Positions 1 to 12,482 of a stretch of DNA of 64,000 nt are shown here, piece by piece. Each line of letters starts with the position of its first letter. Positions within the stretch are counted from its first letter, which is position 1. The DNA is taken from assembly GCF_028641065.1 (NCBI RefSeq), contig NC_073387.1, forward strand, positions 21,762,001 through 21,826,000. Direction: 5' to 3'. A program made the translations under genes and the position numbers. The DNA comes from Leucoraja erinacea. Taxonomy: Eukaryota. The notes under the pieces were generated by a model. The model did no database searches and was not told where the DNA came from. It saw nothing but the letters and a program-made list of their open reading frames with translations.

Positions 1-130
1 ATCATTCAGGGCGGCGTTTTCTCGCTGACACGGGAGTGGAGATCAGTGTTTTCCCCCCCCCCCCCCCCCCCCCACTCGGCACTGACACTCGTTCCAGAAA
101 GAAGGGGCTTCCCCTGACTGCAGCCAACAG
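1..130 (+). mobile_element. Gypsy/Ty3 LTR retrotransposon aspartic protease fragment (left part, interrupted at ~131)
   Basis: Frame from nt 3 reads HSGRRFLADTGVEISVF (retropepsin DTG active site). After a poly-C run it reads ...TDTRSRKKGLPLTAAN, and it resumes as NIRIYG after the insertion ending at ~904. Confidence 0.8.
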
Positions 131-904
131 ATTAGATTAGATTAGATTAGATTAGATCCTTTATTTGTCATTCAGATCTTTCGGTCTGAACGAAATGTCA
201 TTGCCTGCAGCCATACATATAATAATAAACAACAAAACACACAATAAACACAAATTAACATCCACCACAGTGAGTTCACCAGGCACCCCCTCACTGTGAT
301 GGAGGCAAAAGTCTTAAGGTTACTGTCGCTTCCCTCCTCATTCTCCCTCTGCGCTGAGGCGATATGTTGTTACCCCACCAGGCGATGGTAGTCAGTCCCG
401 CGGCTCAACCAAGCTCCGCGGCCCGGGGTGGTCGAAGCTGCCGCCCTCCAGTCAAGCGGACGCAGCTGTTGCCGCGAGAGCTCCGGAAAACAGGCACCAG
501 CTTGTGACCTGTGAGCTCCCGGCCGAGCCCCGGATCCATGTCGCCGCCGCCGGAACGCCGCCGCCGGAACGCCGCCTCAGTCACCGGAGCACCGTCTCAG
601 CCTCAGCCACCGGAGCACCGTCTCAGCCCCGCGCCGGCCCGCTCTCAGGGAGCACCGTCTCAGCCCCGAGCCTGGACACCCGGAGCGCCGTCTCAGCCCC
701 GAGCCGGGCCGCACTGACCGGAGCGCCGTCCCAGCCCCTCACCGGGCCGCCCTCACCGGAGCACCGTCTCAGCCCCGAGTCGTGCCGCTGCCACTGGAGC
801 GCCTGAACGCCGCCTCGCGTTGGTGAGTCCTGGCTGGCTCTGCCTCCGGAACCTCGAGGTCGGTCGCAGGTTGGAGGCCGCCAGCTCCGCCATTAGGCCT
901 CAGC
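131..904 (-). mobile_element. 5'-truncated non-autonomous non-LTR retroelement with internal GC-rich VNTR (copy 1), inserted in the Gypsy protease
   Basis: Reverse-complement homologous to ~35130-36000. The minus-strand 3' end has a hairpin TTCAGACC-GAAA-GATCTGAA, then AATAAA, then a (CTAAT)n tail at ~130-157. Tandem GC-rich units at ~575-785. Confidence 0.75.
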
Positions 905-3275
905 GCAACATCCGAATATACGGGGGCCACACGATCCCGCGCAACATCAACTCCTGTCGCTTCAATTCGACCATTACCATCGCCGACGTCTCACAACCAC
1001 TGCTGGGCACCGACTTCCTACGGGCGCAATCCCTGCTGGTCGACGTGAAAGGACAACGTCTCGTTAATTCTGAGACGTTGGAGCCGATCGCCGAATGGAC
1101 TGCACCCCACCTCGGCTCCGTGACCTCCGTCAACGGATACGCCAGGATCTTGGCTGATTTCCCTGACATCATAACTCCCCGCTTCACAACGTCCAGCCCC
1201 AAGCATGGGGTGAAGCTCCATATCCCCACCACCCAACCACCACTCCATGCATGCGCAAGCAGGCTGGCCCCCCATCAACTCCAACTGGCCAAAGACGAGT
1301 TCCGCAAGATGGAGGAAATGGGCATAGTGCGCTGCTCAGGCAGCCCGTGGGCATCCCTGCCATCTCAACGAGGTCACAACAGCCGACCGGTACCCTGTCC
1401 CTCACATCCGAAATTTCACGGCAAACCTGGATGGTGACAAGGTATTTTTCAAGATCAACCTGGTATGCGGCTACCATCAGATTCTGGTCCACCCAGACGA
1501 CATCCCTAAGACGGCCTTCATCACCCCGTTCGGGCTCTTTAAGTTCCTGTGCATGCCTCTCGGCCTCAAGAACGGCGCCTAAACGTTCTACCGGCTCATT
1601 GACACGGTGGGCCGCGGGCTGGACTTCATGTTCATCTACCTCGACGACATCCTCGTCGCCAGCCGCAGGAACACCACGCACACTCCCGGCTGCTCTGCCA
1701 GCGGCTCAACGAGCATGGCCATACCATCAACCTTGCCAAGTGTCAGTTTGGCCTTACTTCTATCAACTTCCTCAGCTACCACATCAACCAGCATAGAGCA
1801 CTCCCACTCCCAACCAAGGTCGATGCCATCCGCAAGTGTGCCAAACTCTCTACTGTGAAAGGACTCCAAGAGTTTGTTGGCATGGTCAACTTGTACAAGC
1901 ACTTCGTGCCAGCAGCTGCCAGGATTATGCAACCGCTGTTCAAGGTCCTGGCCAAAAAGGCAAAATAAATCATTTGGGATACGCCGCCACATTCGACAAT
2001 GCCAAGGAGGCAATGGCAAAGGCAACGACGCTGGTACATCCATGGGCCAACGCACCAACAGCTATCATGGTCAAAACATCTGGCACAGCCGTGGGCTGAG
2101 TGCTTGAACAACTGATCAATGGTAGCTGGAAGCCCCTCGCCTTTTCAGTCGTCACCTGAGACCCCCGAGTAGAAATACAGCGCTTTCGACCGGAAACTGC
2201 TCGTTCTCTACCTGGACATCCGGCATTTCCGCTACTTCCACGAGGGCAGAGATTTCACTGCTTTCACCGACCACAAACCGCCCACGTTTGCCTTTTCCAA
2301 AGTGTCTGATCCTTGGCCAGCCCGACAGCAGCGCCACCTGACCTATATCTTTGAACACACGACTTTCGTCCAGCACATCGCAGGCAAGAGCAACCATGTC
2401 GCAGATGCATTGTCCCACATTGTCCCACATCCACGCTGTGGCCACAGGTGCCGACTACACGGCCGTGGCTGCCGCCCAGCGTGAGGTTGAAGAGATGATC
2501 ACCAACAGCACCGCCATCTCAGTCCTACTGCCGGAGGATGTGCAATTCCGGCTCGCTGACACCACACTCACATGTGACGTGTCTATGGGGCAGCAAAAAC
2601 CCATCATCCCCGCTGCTTGGCGCCGCCGGATGTTCGACATGATTCATGGCCCAGCTCACCCTTCCATCAAAGGCACTGATGGCAGCCAGGTTCATGTGAC
2701 ACGGGTTGCGTAAACAGGTCGGCAACTGGGACAGAGCGTGCATCCCCTGTCAAATCTCCAAAATTCAGCGACACATCAAGGAGCCGCTGCAGAACTTTGC
2801 CCTGACACACAGGCGTTTAGACCACATCCACGTCGACATCGTTGGATCACTGCCCCCCATCCACAGGTGTCATCCACCTCGTCACCATCGTGGACAGATT
2901 CCCGAAATAGCCGGAAACCATCACACTCTCGAATACCTCCACTGCGACGTGCACATGCTTTCACCGCCCACTGGATCGCCCGCGTGCCGGCGGACATCTC
3001 CGACAGACGTGCGCAGTTCATCTCCGAGATGTGCAGCTCGACACTAAGCTGCACCGCATAACGGCCTACCACCTGCAAGAAAACGGTCTAGTGGAACGCA
3101 TTCACCGGCACCTGAAGGCATCCCTGAAGGCACGGCTCATAGGCCCAGACTGGATGGACGAATTGCCATGGGTCATGCTATGTATAGCACTGCCCCAAAG
3201 GAGGACCTGGCAACTTTTACGGCCGAGCTGGTGCACGGCGCCCCATTTACGGTCCCAGGGACCTACATCCCACAA
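905..3275 (+). mobile_element. Degenerate Gypsy/Ty3 pol (protease C-term, RT, RNase H, integrase) with frameshifts and stops
   Basis: Motifs in Gypsy PR-RT-RH-IN order: PLLGTDFL; SPWAS; YLDD at 1637-1648; YSAFDRKLL...FTDHKP; H..AHP...CIPCQ zinc finger; HIHVDIVG; NGLVERIHR. No LTR seen. Confidence 0.9.
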
Positions 3276-3537
3276 CAGAAAATACATGGAATTGTGACTC
3301 TTGAGAAGGCGACTGCAATAATTGAACTGTTTTCCCCATCGTGCTCTATTGTGTGGATTAAATAGAATACCACTGGTTGCCTTGATGCAAAGGGTTATTT
3401 GATCATTCCTATCATTTATTTCTATATCCTTACTTTGTATTAATAATAAAAGAACATATTCAGAAAAGAAAAACTGATTATTTAAAGACTTGAAAACCTT
3501 TTCGTCCAGGCACCTGAACGTGCATGTGTAATATGTA

Positions 3538-3663
3538 GGAAGGAAATACAGATGCTGGTTTAAACAGAAGATAAACACAAAATGCTGGATTAACACAGCG
3601 GGACAGCAGCACTGTGGAGAGACGGAATGGGTGACGTCTCGGGTCAAAACCGTTCTTCAGACC
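3538..3663 (-). mobile_element. Penelope-like element terminal fragment with mutated hammerhead core
   Basis: Member of the repeat family ACACAAAATGCTGGA..CTCAGCGGG..GCAGCATC..GACGTTTCGGGTC..TTCTTCAG. Minus strand reads CTGAAGA...GAGACGTC (GAAA changed to GAGA). Confidence 0.65.
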
Positions 3664-4727
3664 GGTCAGCCCGTCAGAAAATATAATGTCACCTTATATT
3701 TTCTAAGTTGATTTAACTTTCAAGCCAGAGTTATGGTGCGAGTTGTTGTTCTGCTGGACCTCCACAGGTTTGAATCTCCTATTTTTCTGTTGACGCTGGT
3801 AACTAGTAATTGCAATTGCCTTGCCCAAAGCCACAATGTAAAAAAACGCGCACTTTCTGCATCGGGTGCACTGATTAAAATCAGCATCCCTAGCCTTCCA
3901 CATAGTTGTAACGGCGAGTAATATTTATTTCCATCAAAAATTACGCACTGATTTCATTTTTACGCAATGATTTCATCAAATACCCACACTATGCTTCGGC
4001 ATTGAAGAGAAACGCATATTTTTTCTGGTTTTGGGTTTATCACATATTGTACCATTGTATATTATCTGACATTAATAAGTGGGAAACTATGCTTATAAGC
4101 TATCATTTTTCACTGCATTCATAACCAAAAAGGAATATTCCCCAGGAAATTAGAGTCACAAAGACTAAGATATAGAAAACCTTGGGCCCAACGCCTCCAT
4201 GTCAACTAAGCCTTTCCAATACATTTGGTGTTCTGCAATTTCACATGGACCCAATCCAGCTAACGAATTTTCTAGACTTTAACTTCTTTCATTCAAGGTT
4301 TTTAATTAAATCAGATCAATTCCGTGGCTCTTTCCGTGTGCCATGCAAAAATATGTTTTACTACAATGTTTGTGCTTTCGTCCTCATTGATCGTTCTCAG
4401 CATTGCAGGTTTGCGGACGTTTTCAATTAAACCGCACAATTAAATATCGGTTTATTATCATTCATGTTATCAGTGATAATGTGAGATGTGAAGAATCTAT
4501 CGGTGGCAGCGAAATTTCTCAACGGTGAATTTACATACTGTACATCTGATAATTAAAAACTAAAAATGTCAGGTTGCATCTGTGCGAAAACAAACCAAGC
4601 AGAGGCTGGGGAATGATGGGTAGAACAAACGAAATATTATTGTGAGATTGAGCCTGGGGTGTCACCAAGATCAAGAGACACAAGCAACGGCAAGTTTACA
4701 ACAAGAAGAAACAAAAAAACCACAGCG

Positions 4728-4820
4728 GCTGAAGAAGGGTCCGACCTGAAAGGTCAAATATCCATGATGTACAGAGATGATCTACCCGCCCATCTGAGTT
4801 ACTCCAGCACATATTGTCCT
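4728..4820 (+). mobile_element. Penelope-like terminal fragment (degenerate)
   Basis: CTGAAGAAGGGTCCGACCTGAAAGGTC...CTGAGTTACTCCAGCAC; same family as 13834-14097. Confidence 0.6.
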
Positions 4821-5619
4821 TTTTCACCAAGATCAATTATAGATTTTCACTGGATTTGTGAGAGAATACTTTACTTTTAAGTCGGAGAGGTAGAGTTCAG
4901 GAGAAAGGGCAATTCTAAAATCGGTGGCAGAAGGTGACTCCTGATAGGTTCGCGAGGGCCAATAGAGAAAAAAACATAATTGTTGGCTATTGGGAAACAA
5001 CATAAACAATGGCTATTGGAAAACTAAGACGAAGAGCGAAAGGTAGTATGTTGTGAAAATGGGAACAGATCGAAGAGTGGCAAATGAGGTAGGAACACCG
5101 AGAAAACATTACAGCAGAGCTGGCCAGGTCAAAAAACTAACGGGGGCGGGGAACGAGTGAGGATCAAATAATATGACATTATTTTGATTCGGTTTGCGGA
5201 CTTCTTGCTTGTTTGCTCTCCTCAAACTGCACTTTAACAAATCACATACCATTCCCAAACAGCAGAATTATGTATGCAACCCGCACTTAGCGTTTGACAC
5301 AACACTGGCAAAAATAACACAGGTATTTGGGTGACCAGCAAATCGAATTTTGTCAGTTTTCACCTAGTCTTTTTTTATGAGTGGATTTAGAAATTGCAAA
5401 CTTTAATCTATTGAGTAGAGTTTAGTTTATTGTCATGTGTACCGAGGTACAGAGAAAAGCTTTTGTTGCGTGCTAACCAGTCAGCGGAAATCTATAGGCG
5501 GAAGATACGTACGTGTAATAAATCGTGTCATGATTTGCAAATACGATAGTTGAAATCAGCGTGGCGTATTACTGAGAAAACAATGGTCCCATGGATGATT
5601 GGATGAACATGCGGAGATT

Positions 5620-5743
5620 ATGAAGCCTTCGAGCCTGTACTTGCTGGAGTTTTGAAGAATGGGCAGATTGGGGTTTGGGTCTCATTGACATCTACTGGAT
5701 AATGAAAGGCCTATATAGAGTGGACGTGGAAAAGGACGTTTTG
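5620..5743 (+). mobile_element. Old CR1 LINE 3' fragment, left part (host of a nested CR1)
   Basis: Encodes decayed LYLLEF.RM...LIDIYWIMKGLYRVDVEK, which continues as GESRTRAHSL at ~7306. Confidence 0.65.
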
Positions 5744-7282
5744 ATAGACAATAGACAATGGGTGCAGGAGTAAGATATTCGACCCTTCGAGCCAGCACCG
5801 CCATTCAATGTGATCATGGCTGATCATTCTCAATCAGTACCTCGTCCATGCCTTCTCCCCATATCCCCTGACTCCGCTATCTTTAAGAGCCTCATATAGC
5901 TCTCCCTCGAAAGTATCCAGAGAACCGGCCTCCACCGCCCCCCGAGGCAGAGAATTCCACAGACTCACAGCTCTCTGTGTGAAAAAGAGTTTCCTCATCT
6001 CCGTTCCAAATGACTTACCCATTATTCTTAAACTGTGGCCCCTGGTTCTGGACTGCCCTAACATCGGGAACATGTTTCCTGCCTCTAGGGTCCAAACCGT
6101 TAATAATCGTAGAAGTTTCAATAAAATCCCCTCTCATCTTTCTACGCTCCAGAGTATACAAGCCCAGCGCTCCATTCTTTCAGCATATGACCGTCCCACC
6201 ATCCCGGGAATTAACCTTGTAAACCTACGCTGCACTCCCTCAATAGCAAGAATGTCATTCCGCAAATTAGGGGACCAAAACTGCACACAATATTCCAGGT
6301 GCGGTCTCACTAGGGACCTATACAAATACAGAAGGCCTCATTGCTCCTATACCCAACTCCTCTTGTTATGAAGGACAACATGCCATTCGCATTCATGAAT
6401 GCTCGTCCTGCATGCTTACTTTCATTGACTGGTGAACAAGGCCCCCCCAGATCCCGTTGTACGTCCCCGTTTTTCCAACTTGACACCATTTAGATAATAA
6501 TCTGCCTTCCTGTTTTTGCTACCAAAGTGGATAACCTCACATTTATCCACATTAAACTGCATCTGCCATGCATCTGCCCACTCACCCAACCTGTCCAAGT
6601 CACCATGCATTCTCATAGCATCCTCCTCACAGTTCACACTGCCACCCAGCTTTGTGTCATCTGCAAATTTGCTAATGTTACTTTGAATCCCTCCATCCAA
6701 ATAATTGATGTATATTGTAAATAGCTGCGGTCCCAGCACAGAGCCTTGCAGTACCCCACTAGTCACTGCATGTCATTCTGAAAGGGACCCGTTAATCCCT
6801 CCTCTTTGTTTCCTGTCTGCCAACCAATTTTCTATCCAAGTCAGCACACTACCCCCAATACCATGTGCACTAATTTTGCCCACTAATCTCCCATGTAGGA
6901 CCTTATCAAATGCTTTCTGAAAGTCCAGATACACTACATCCACTGGAGCTCCTTCATCCATTTTCCGAGTTACATCCTCAAAAAATTCCAGAATATTAGT
7001 CAAGCATGATTTCCCCTACGAAAATCCATGCTGACTCCGACCGATCCTGTAACTGCTATTCAAAAGTGCCGCTATTTCATCTTTTTTGATTGACTCCAGC
7101 ATCTTCCCCACCACCGATGTCAGGCTAACTGGTTTATAATTCCCTCTTTTCCCTCTCCCGCCTTTTTTAACAAGTACGATGAGATTAGCTACCCTCCAAT
7201 TCACAGGAACTGATCCTGAATCTATAGAACATGTTAAAATTATCACCAATACGTCCTCGAATTCTCGAGCCATTTCCTTAAG
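5744..7282 (-). mobile_element. CR1 LINE, 5'-truncated (RT region plus 3' UTR)
   Basis: ORF pieces YKPVSLTSVVGKMLE, VYLDFQKAFDKV, SGVLQGSVLGPQLF, KFADDTKL, LVRPHLEYCVQFWSP, RTRGHSL. Short tandem tail (ATAGACA) at 5744-5758. Confidence 0.92.
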
Positions 7283-7590
7283 GTAATGGGAGAGTTTCGA
7301 GTAATGGGAGAGTCTAGAACCAGAGCGCATAGCCTCAGCATAAAATGATGCACTTTAGTAGGTCATCAGTCCAAGGAATTAATTTCCAGGGATGGTCGTG
7401 GAGGCCGACATAGGGTATTTTTAAATCGGAGATTGATATGTTCTTGATTCGGAAGGATGTCAATGGTTTCGAGGAGGAGGCGTGAGAATGATGTTGAGAG
7501 GAGAAAATAAATCAGCCATGATTGAATGGCAGAGTCGACTCGATGGGCGGTTTGGCATACTTCCTCTCTTATGTTTAATGCCTTGTATGT
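7283..7590 (+). mobile_element. Old CR1 LINE 3' fragment, right part
   Basis: GESRTRAHSL... followed by a CR1-type 3' UTR (ATCAGCCATGATTGAATGGCAGAGTCGACTCGATGGGC). Confidence 0.7.
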
Positions 7591-8788
7591 CAATATATCC
7601 GCAGACCAAGTACCCCCTTAAGAAGATATGATGTCATGTAAATATGTCCTTGGTAGCAGAAGACGAAACTGTTTTAAATTTCGACAAAGAGTCGCTGACA
7701 AATTGAGGATACACCTGTTATTTGGGGGGGGGGGTGGGGGGGGTGGGGGTGCAGTATTATGCTGAACGTAAACGAAGCACCAGAAATAATTTCATCAAGA
7801 ATTTGCGGCAATAGAGTGAAGATGAAGAGTGGAAGTAGCCAGGGAGATTTAGTGCAGAGGCAGATATGAGGTAGAGGACTGAGATATTCTCATAGAAATA
7901 AATATGAGCGTAATTCATGAAGGTATTTTAAATTGGAAATTGAGAAGGTTGTGCGGCCAATAGTAGACGCGTGTTTTTATAACTGCATAAGTAAGACAAT
8001 AGTCAACAAATATGATGATTTCCAAACAGAAATAGGTTCTGGAAATGTTTTAGGCTACCATTGTCAAGTTCATACCATGCGGCCATTTAGGAGCGCAAAT
8101 TGTTAGCGGGTAAGATCACGAGGAATAATGCATCGGCACACGGCACACCAGCAGACACTCCCAGACATTGCGAATACCGTGCATTTATTGAAAATGATGT
8201 ATTCTAATCAAGCTGTAAAGGAATTAATTGGTATGTCATATTAAATATGAAAAGTACCTGGGAAATAATTTTACATCGTATATAACAGTTTGATATGGAT
8301 CTCTGCCACAGAGGGATGTAGTTATTTAAAATGTTCAATGTTCAAATGTTCAATGTTCTACTGACCAAACGAAGGAAGCCCAAAAATGCGATTTCTCGTG
8401 TCATCTTGAAGGTAGACTTTATTTTCACTAATATGCTTATACTTTGTTAAATTTTGAGTTATCTGAGCATGAAAATATGACATAACAACACTATCACTTA
8501 ATGTGTATGTGAAACATCATGAGGAGAAATGGATTGCACGCGAATGTATTAAAAAGTGTTTCAAAAATCAAAGTGTCAGCATTTACAGCGTGTGCAATAT
8601 CATAATCGGCAGAAAAGAGGCAAACAAGTATCTTGCAGATCGCAATAACAGAATGAAGCAATTATAGTTCACCAGGAAATCCATGGACATAAAGCCACGC
8701 CTGCTAAATTTACGGATTAGTTAGATGATTAACAAATAGACCTCCGTGAGGATAAATTCTCCACCACTTTAAACTAAGTTCTTTTCTT

Positions 8789-8919
8789 GGTTCTGAAGAA
8801 GAGCCATGACCCGAAGTTCACTTATCCATGTTCTCCAGCGATGTTGCCTGACCCGCTGAGTTACTCCAGCCCTTTGTGTCTTATGTTGCAAACCAGCATC
8901 TACCGTTCTTTGTTTCTAA
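8789..8919 (+). mobile_element. Penelope-like terminal fragment abutting the stop codon of Pcdh gene 1
   Basis: CTGAAGAAGAGCCATGACCCGAAG...GCCTGACCCGCTGAGTTACTCCAGC...AAACCAGCATCTAC; ends about 3 nt from the TAA at 8922. Confidence 0.7.
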
Positions 8920-8921
8920 CC

Positions 8922-11303
8922 TTATGATCTTGTACTGTTCTGCAAGATACTCAGCTCGTTGAGAGGCAAGGTAGAATGACAGGGCTTTAAAAATAAAAAA
9001 TCACTTTTCGAAGATTCTGGTGATAAACATACAGGGTAACGATAACCTTCGGAATGCCCAGATCTAACATACCTTGGATCTTCGGTTACATTACTACTCG
9101 CAGTAAAAGCGTTATCCAAATTCCTGGGATCGGAACAGCAGAATCTCGATCTGTAGACTTCGTCAATATTTCTATCTTGTTTACATTTCAGCATCACCAA
9201 AAAAATAATAGTCGCCAGAAACAGGAAGGATGTTGAGCCTAAGACGATGATTAAATAGAGATTGATGTTCCATTCTCGCAGCTCGATTGAACTTTCATAA
9301 GGGGGTACCGTACTGTTGGGCAGAATTGAGAAAAATATTATCGCTGTGCTGGAGAGGCTCGGTTGTCCATTGTCCTTCACACAGACGACTATTCTGCTTG
9401 TGATCAACTCTTGGTCTCTCAAACTTCGAGTTGCTCTGATTTCACCGGAGAGAACACCCACAGTGAACAAGCTGGGATCAGTGAGTTCCAGTAACTGATA
9501 GGAAAGTCTTGCGTTTTGACCCGAATCTGCAACCGTCGCGCTTATCTTGGTGACCAAATAGCCTGGATATAGTGACTGAGGCACAATCTCCACTGATGTT
9601 GAATCGTTCAATATCAGAGGTGAAACAATTTTTGGAATGTTGTCATTTTGGTCCAAAATAATTATGTTTACCGTTGCAATACTGCTCATTGGGGGAGATC
9701 CAGAGTCCTGAGCTTGAACGTTGAGTTGGAAGTGTTTCAGATTCTCATAGTCAAAAGAAATCAATGCATAAATGTTGCCATTTTTGGCATTAATAGTGAC
9801 AACTCTGGATACAGAACGCTGATCCCTTATGCTGTCCAGAACAGTATATATCACCTCACCATTTTTATCAATGTCTAAATCTAATGCAGAGACCGAAAAT
9901 ATGGACGAACCGGGCGTATTGTTTTCTGTGACATACGCGTAATATGATGATTGTGTGAACTGAGGCGCGTTGTCATTTATATCAGACACAAGAATCAAGA
10001 TAGTTCTTTGTGTTGAAAGAGGAGGCGAACCGTTATCCCAGGCCAAAATAGAGATGTTATATTTTGCGGTTGTTTCACGATCCAAACCTTCATGAGTAAC
10101 CAACCTGTAGTCATTCCTCGAAGATTTTTGAAGGGTGAACGGCAATTCTTTGGGTATCTGGCAGTGAATCGTGCTATTTTCCCCAGAATCTAAATCGGTT
10201 ATCCTGATTGTAGCAACCATCGTCCCAGGCTGCGCATTTTCTTGAACAGTGCTGGAAGACGAGATTAGGTGTATTACAGGAGCATTGTCGTTCACATCAG
10301 ACAATGTGATGATGACCTTTGTGTGTGCTGTCAAAGCAGGTGAACCATTGTCTAGTGCCTGAGCATCAAGTTCGTAATAAGAGGATTTCTCAAAGTTTAG
10401 CGTTCCCTCAACTCTAATCTGTCCGGTTTGCGAATCCAGTCTGAACAACTCGCGAATCAATTGAGGAACGTGATCTGTGAAAGTGTAGGTGAGTTCAGCA
10501 TTGCTGCCTTCGTCCAGATCTTTAGCATTTATTGTGGTCACCAGTGTTCCTTTTGGGACGTTTTCTGCTAAGGTTACTGTGTAGGATTCACGATCGAATA
10601 CAGGAGCATTGTCATTCGCGTCCACAACAGCAATGATAATCCGAGCCGTGCCTGATCTGCAAGGCGCACCACCATCATGGGCGGTTAACGTGAGTTGAAA
10701 GGTTGCCTGCTGTTCACGGTCCAACGGTTTTTCCAATTGCAGCTCGGCAGTCTTACTCCCTCCGCGTCTTGACTGCACCTTAATACCAAAGTGCTCGTTT
10801 GGACTGATCTCGTAAGTGTTAACTGCATTCGTACCAACATCGGGATCGCGCGCGCTCTTCAACGGGAAGCGCGCACCCGGTGTACTTAGCTCACTGATCT
10901 GCAAGGAGAATTCATCCTTCTGAAAAAATGGGGAATTATCGTTTATGTCCAAGATTTCAACGGTTACACTGTGCATTTCCTCGGGGTCGTAGAGCACAAT
11001 TTGACAAGAAAGGGAGCAGGCAAGGCTTTGTCTACACAGATGCTCTCGGTCAATTCTTTCACTTACAAATAAATCACCATTGTCCGCATTTACCTGCAGG
11101 TATTGATTCATTTCATCGGACACCAAATTGACTTTGCGAACCGATAACTCCCAAACATTTAATCTTAAATCCTCAGCGATATTCCCCACCAAGGTCCCGA
11201 GATCAGTTTCCTCGGGTATCGAGTAGCGAAGCTCTGCCGAGACCATGGCCGACGCGCAAAGAAGGAAAGTGAATGATGCACCGTTCATCAATGCGTTCGC
11301 CAT
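8922..11303 (-). CDS. Clustered protocadherin, gene 1 (subfamily A), 793 aa
   Basis: Signal peptide; RYSIPEE; EC1 C-x5-C (CRQSLAC); repeated LDRE/DxNDN/AxDxG cadherin motifs (6 EC); TM LYLIIVLGSTSFLFLATIIFLVML; tail YPVCLSPESSKSDFLFLKPC. Confidence 0.96.
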   Translation of the reverse strand: MANALMNGASFTFLLCASAMVSAELRYSIPEETDLGTLVGNIAEDLRLNVWELSVRKVNLVSDEMNQYLQVNADNGDLFVSERIDREHLCRQSLACSLSCQIVLYDPEEMHSVTVEILDINDNSPFFQKDEFSLQISELSTPGARFPLKSARDPDVGTNAVNTYEISPNEHFGIKVQSRRGGSKTAELQLEKPLDREQQATFQLTLTAHDGGAPCRSGTARIIIAVVDANDNAPVFDRESYTVTLAENVPKGTLVTTINAKDLDEGSNAELTYTFTDHVPQLIRELFRLDSQTGQIRVEGTLNFEKSSYYELDAQALDNGSPALTAHTKVIITLSDVNDNAPVIHLISSSSTVQENAQPGTMVATIRITDLDSGENSTIHCQIPKELPFTLQKSSRNDYRLVTHEGLDRETTAKYNISILAWDNGSPPLSTQRTILILVSDINDNAPQFTQSSYYAYVTENNTPGSSIFSVSALDLDIDKNGEVIYTVLDSIRDQRSVSRVVTINAKNGNIYALISFDYENLKHFQLNVQAQDSGSPPMSSIATVNIIILDQNDNIPKIVSPLILNDSTSVEIVPQSLYPGYLVTKISATVADSGQNARLSYQLLELTDPSLFTVGVLSGEIRATRSLRDQELITSRIVVCVKDNGQPSLSSTAIIFFSILPNSTVPPYESSIELREWNINLYLIIVLGSTSFLFLATIIFLVMLKCKQDRNIDEVYRSRFCCSDPRNLDNAFTASSNVTEDPRYVRSGHSEGYRYPVCLSPESSKSDFLFLKPCHSTLPLNELSILQNSTRS

Positions 11304-11489
11304 TTTGCTGCAAATTCATATACGAATGTATTCCACTCGTCAATACTTTGGCCTAACACTACAGCGTCCAGTTAGAAATATTGAAACGAGGAAAACAAAA
11401 TGTCTTTGCAGCTGACCTGGATCAGTACGATCAGTGTAAACCCGGGCTGTGTCTGCTTCTTCAATTGTGCTCTGCGTTCAGCAGACGGT

Positions 11490-11591
11490 GGGCAGGGTCG
11501 ATCTCTCACAGTCTCGACGCTCCCTATTGGTAGACAGCGACACGAAGAGTTCCGACCAATAATTGCAGGACACATTTTTAAAGCAAGTCTG
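11490..11591 (-). promoter_or_regulatory. Pcdh promoter module with CSE (CGCT core, putative CTCF site) and CCAAT boxes, gene 1
   Basis: Minus strand TGTCGCTGTCTACCAAT; plus-strand AGCG at 11536, ~233 bp upstream of the ATG. Inverted CCAAT at 11556, TTAAAGC at 11578. Same layout before all six genes. Confidence 0.85.
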
Positions 11592-12482
11592 TCTCCAAAT
11601 CAATTGCAATGTTCCGATCGTCGTATTTAAGATTGCGCAACGAAAAATATCCAAAACCGGACATTGACAAAACTAAACATGTCCACGTTGATGAATCAAT
11701 CCAGGCAATACCGTAAATTATTTGAATTTACCAGCATTTTATTCTCATCATCATTGTTTTGAAATCCTTTCAAACACCGCTGAAATTTAAATATGTTTTC
11801 AAAATGTTGTACGAATAGATTTATAAACGCATTCTGAAAGGGATTTCATGTTAATTAAATATTGGCAAATATGAATGAGAGAATGTTATTAATTTTGTAA
11901 CAACATGTTGAATTTCATTGGAATTCGTTCAAAAAAATGAAATATAGCATTTTCGGTTCCGTACAAATGCTGTTAATTTCATATGTTTAACATATACACA
12001 AGGAATCTTTGTCGGTTGGGGAATATATCACAAATCTAACCAATAGGCTGATTCAGTGGGAAGAACATTAGCCAGATCTGGAATTGGAAAGTGCGAACTT
12101 TCTTCAGGATACTAGCAATTTTGTTCATAAGTAAACGTGTGCAAATCCCCAATTTTTAGCACTAGAATTCAGGATCATGGTCTGTATCACAGGACTTGTG
12201 CGGCAGAGGAAAGTCCTGCTATTCCGTCCACATTGCGCATGCTTGTACTTTACTCTGCAGAGCAAGCCATTTTTTCATCATGTAAGTTCTCAATTCAGTT
12301 CCCAAATGATGCCCCAAGCTTGGTAACAATTGCGCATGCGATAGCCTTCACGGCCATGTGAGCGTGGGTGGGAGAGGGATGAGGAATAGACCTGCATATC
12401 TGAATATCTATGTCAAAATAGAGTGAGAACCTTCACTTCGGGTTTGGAAATCCACATGCAATGGGTATATTCAATTTAACAA

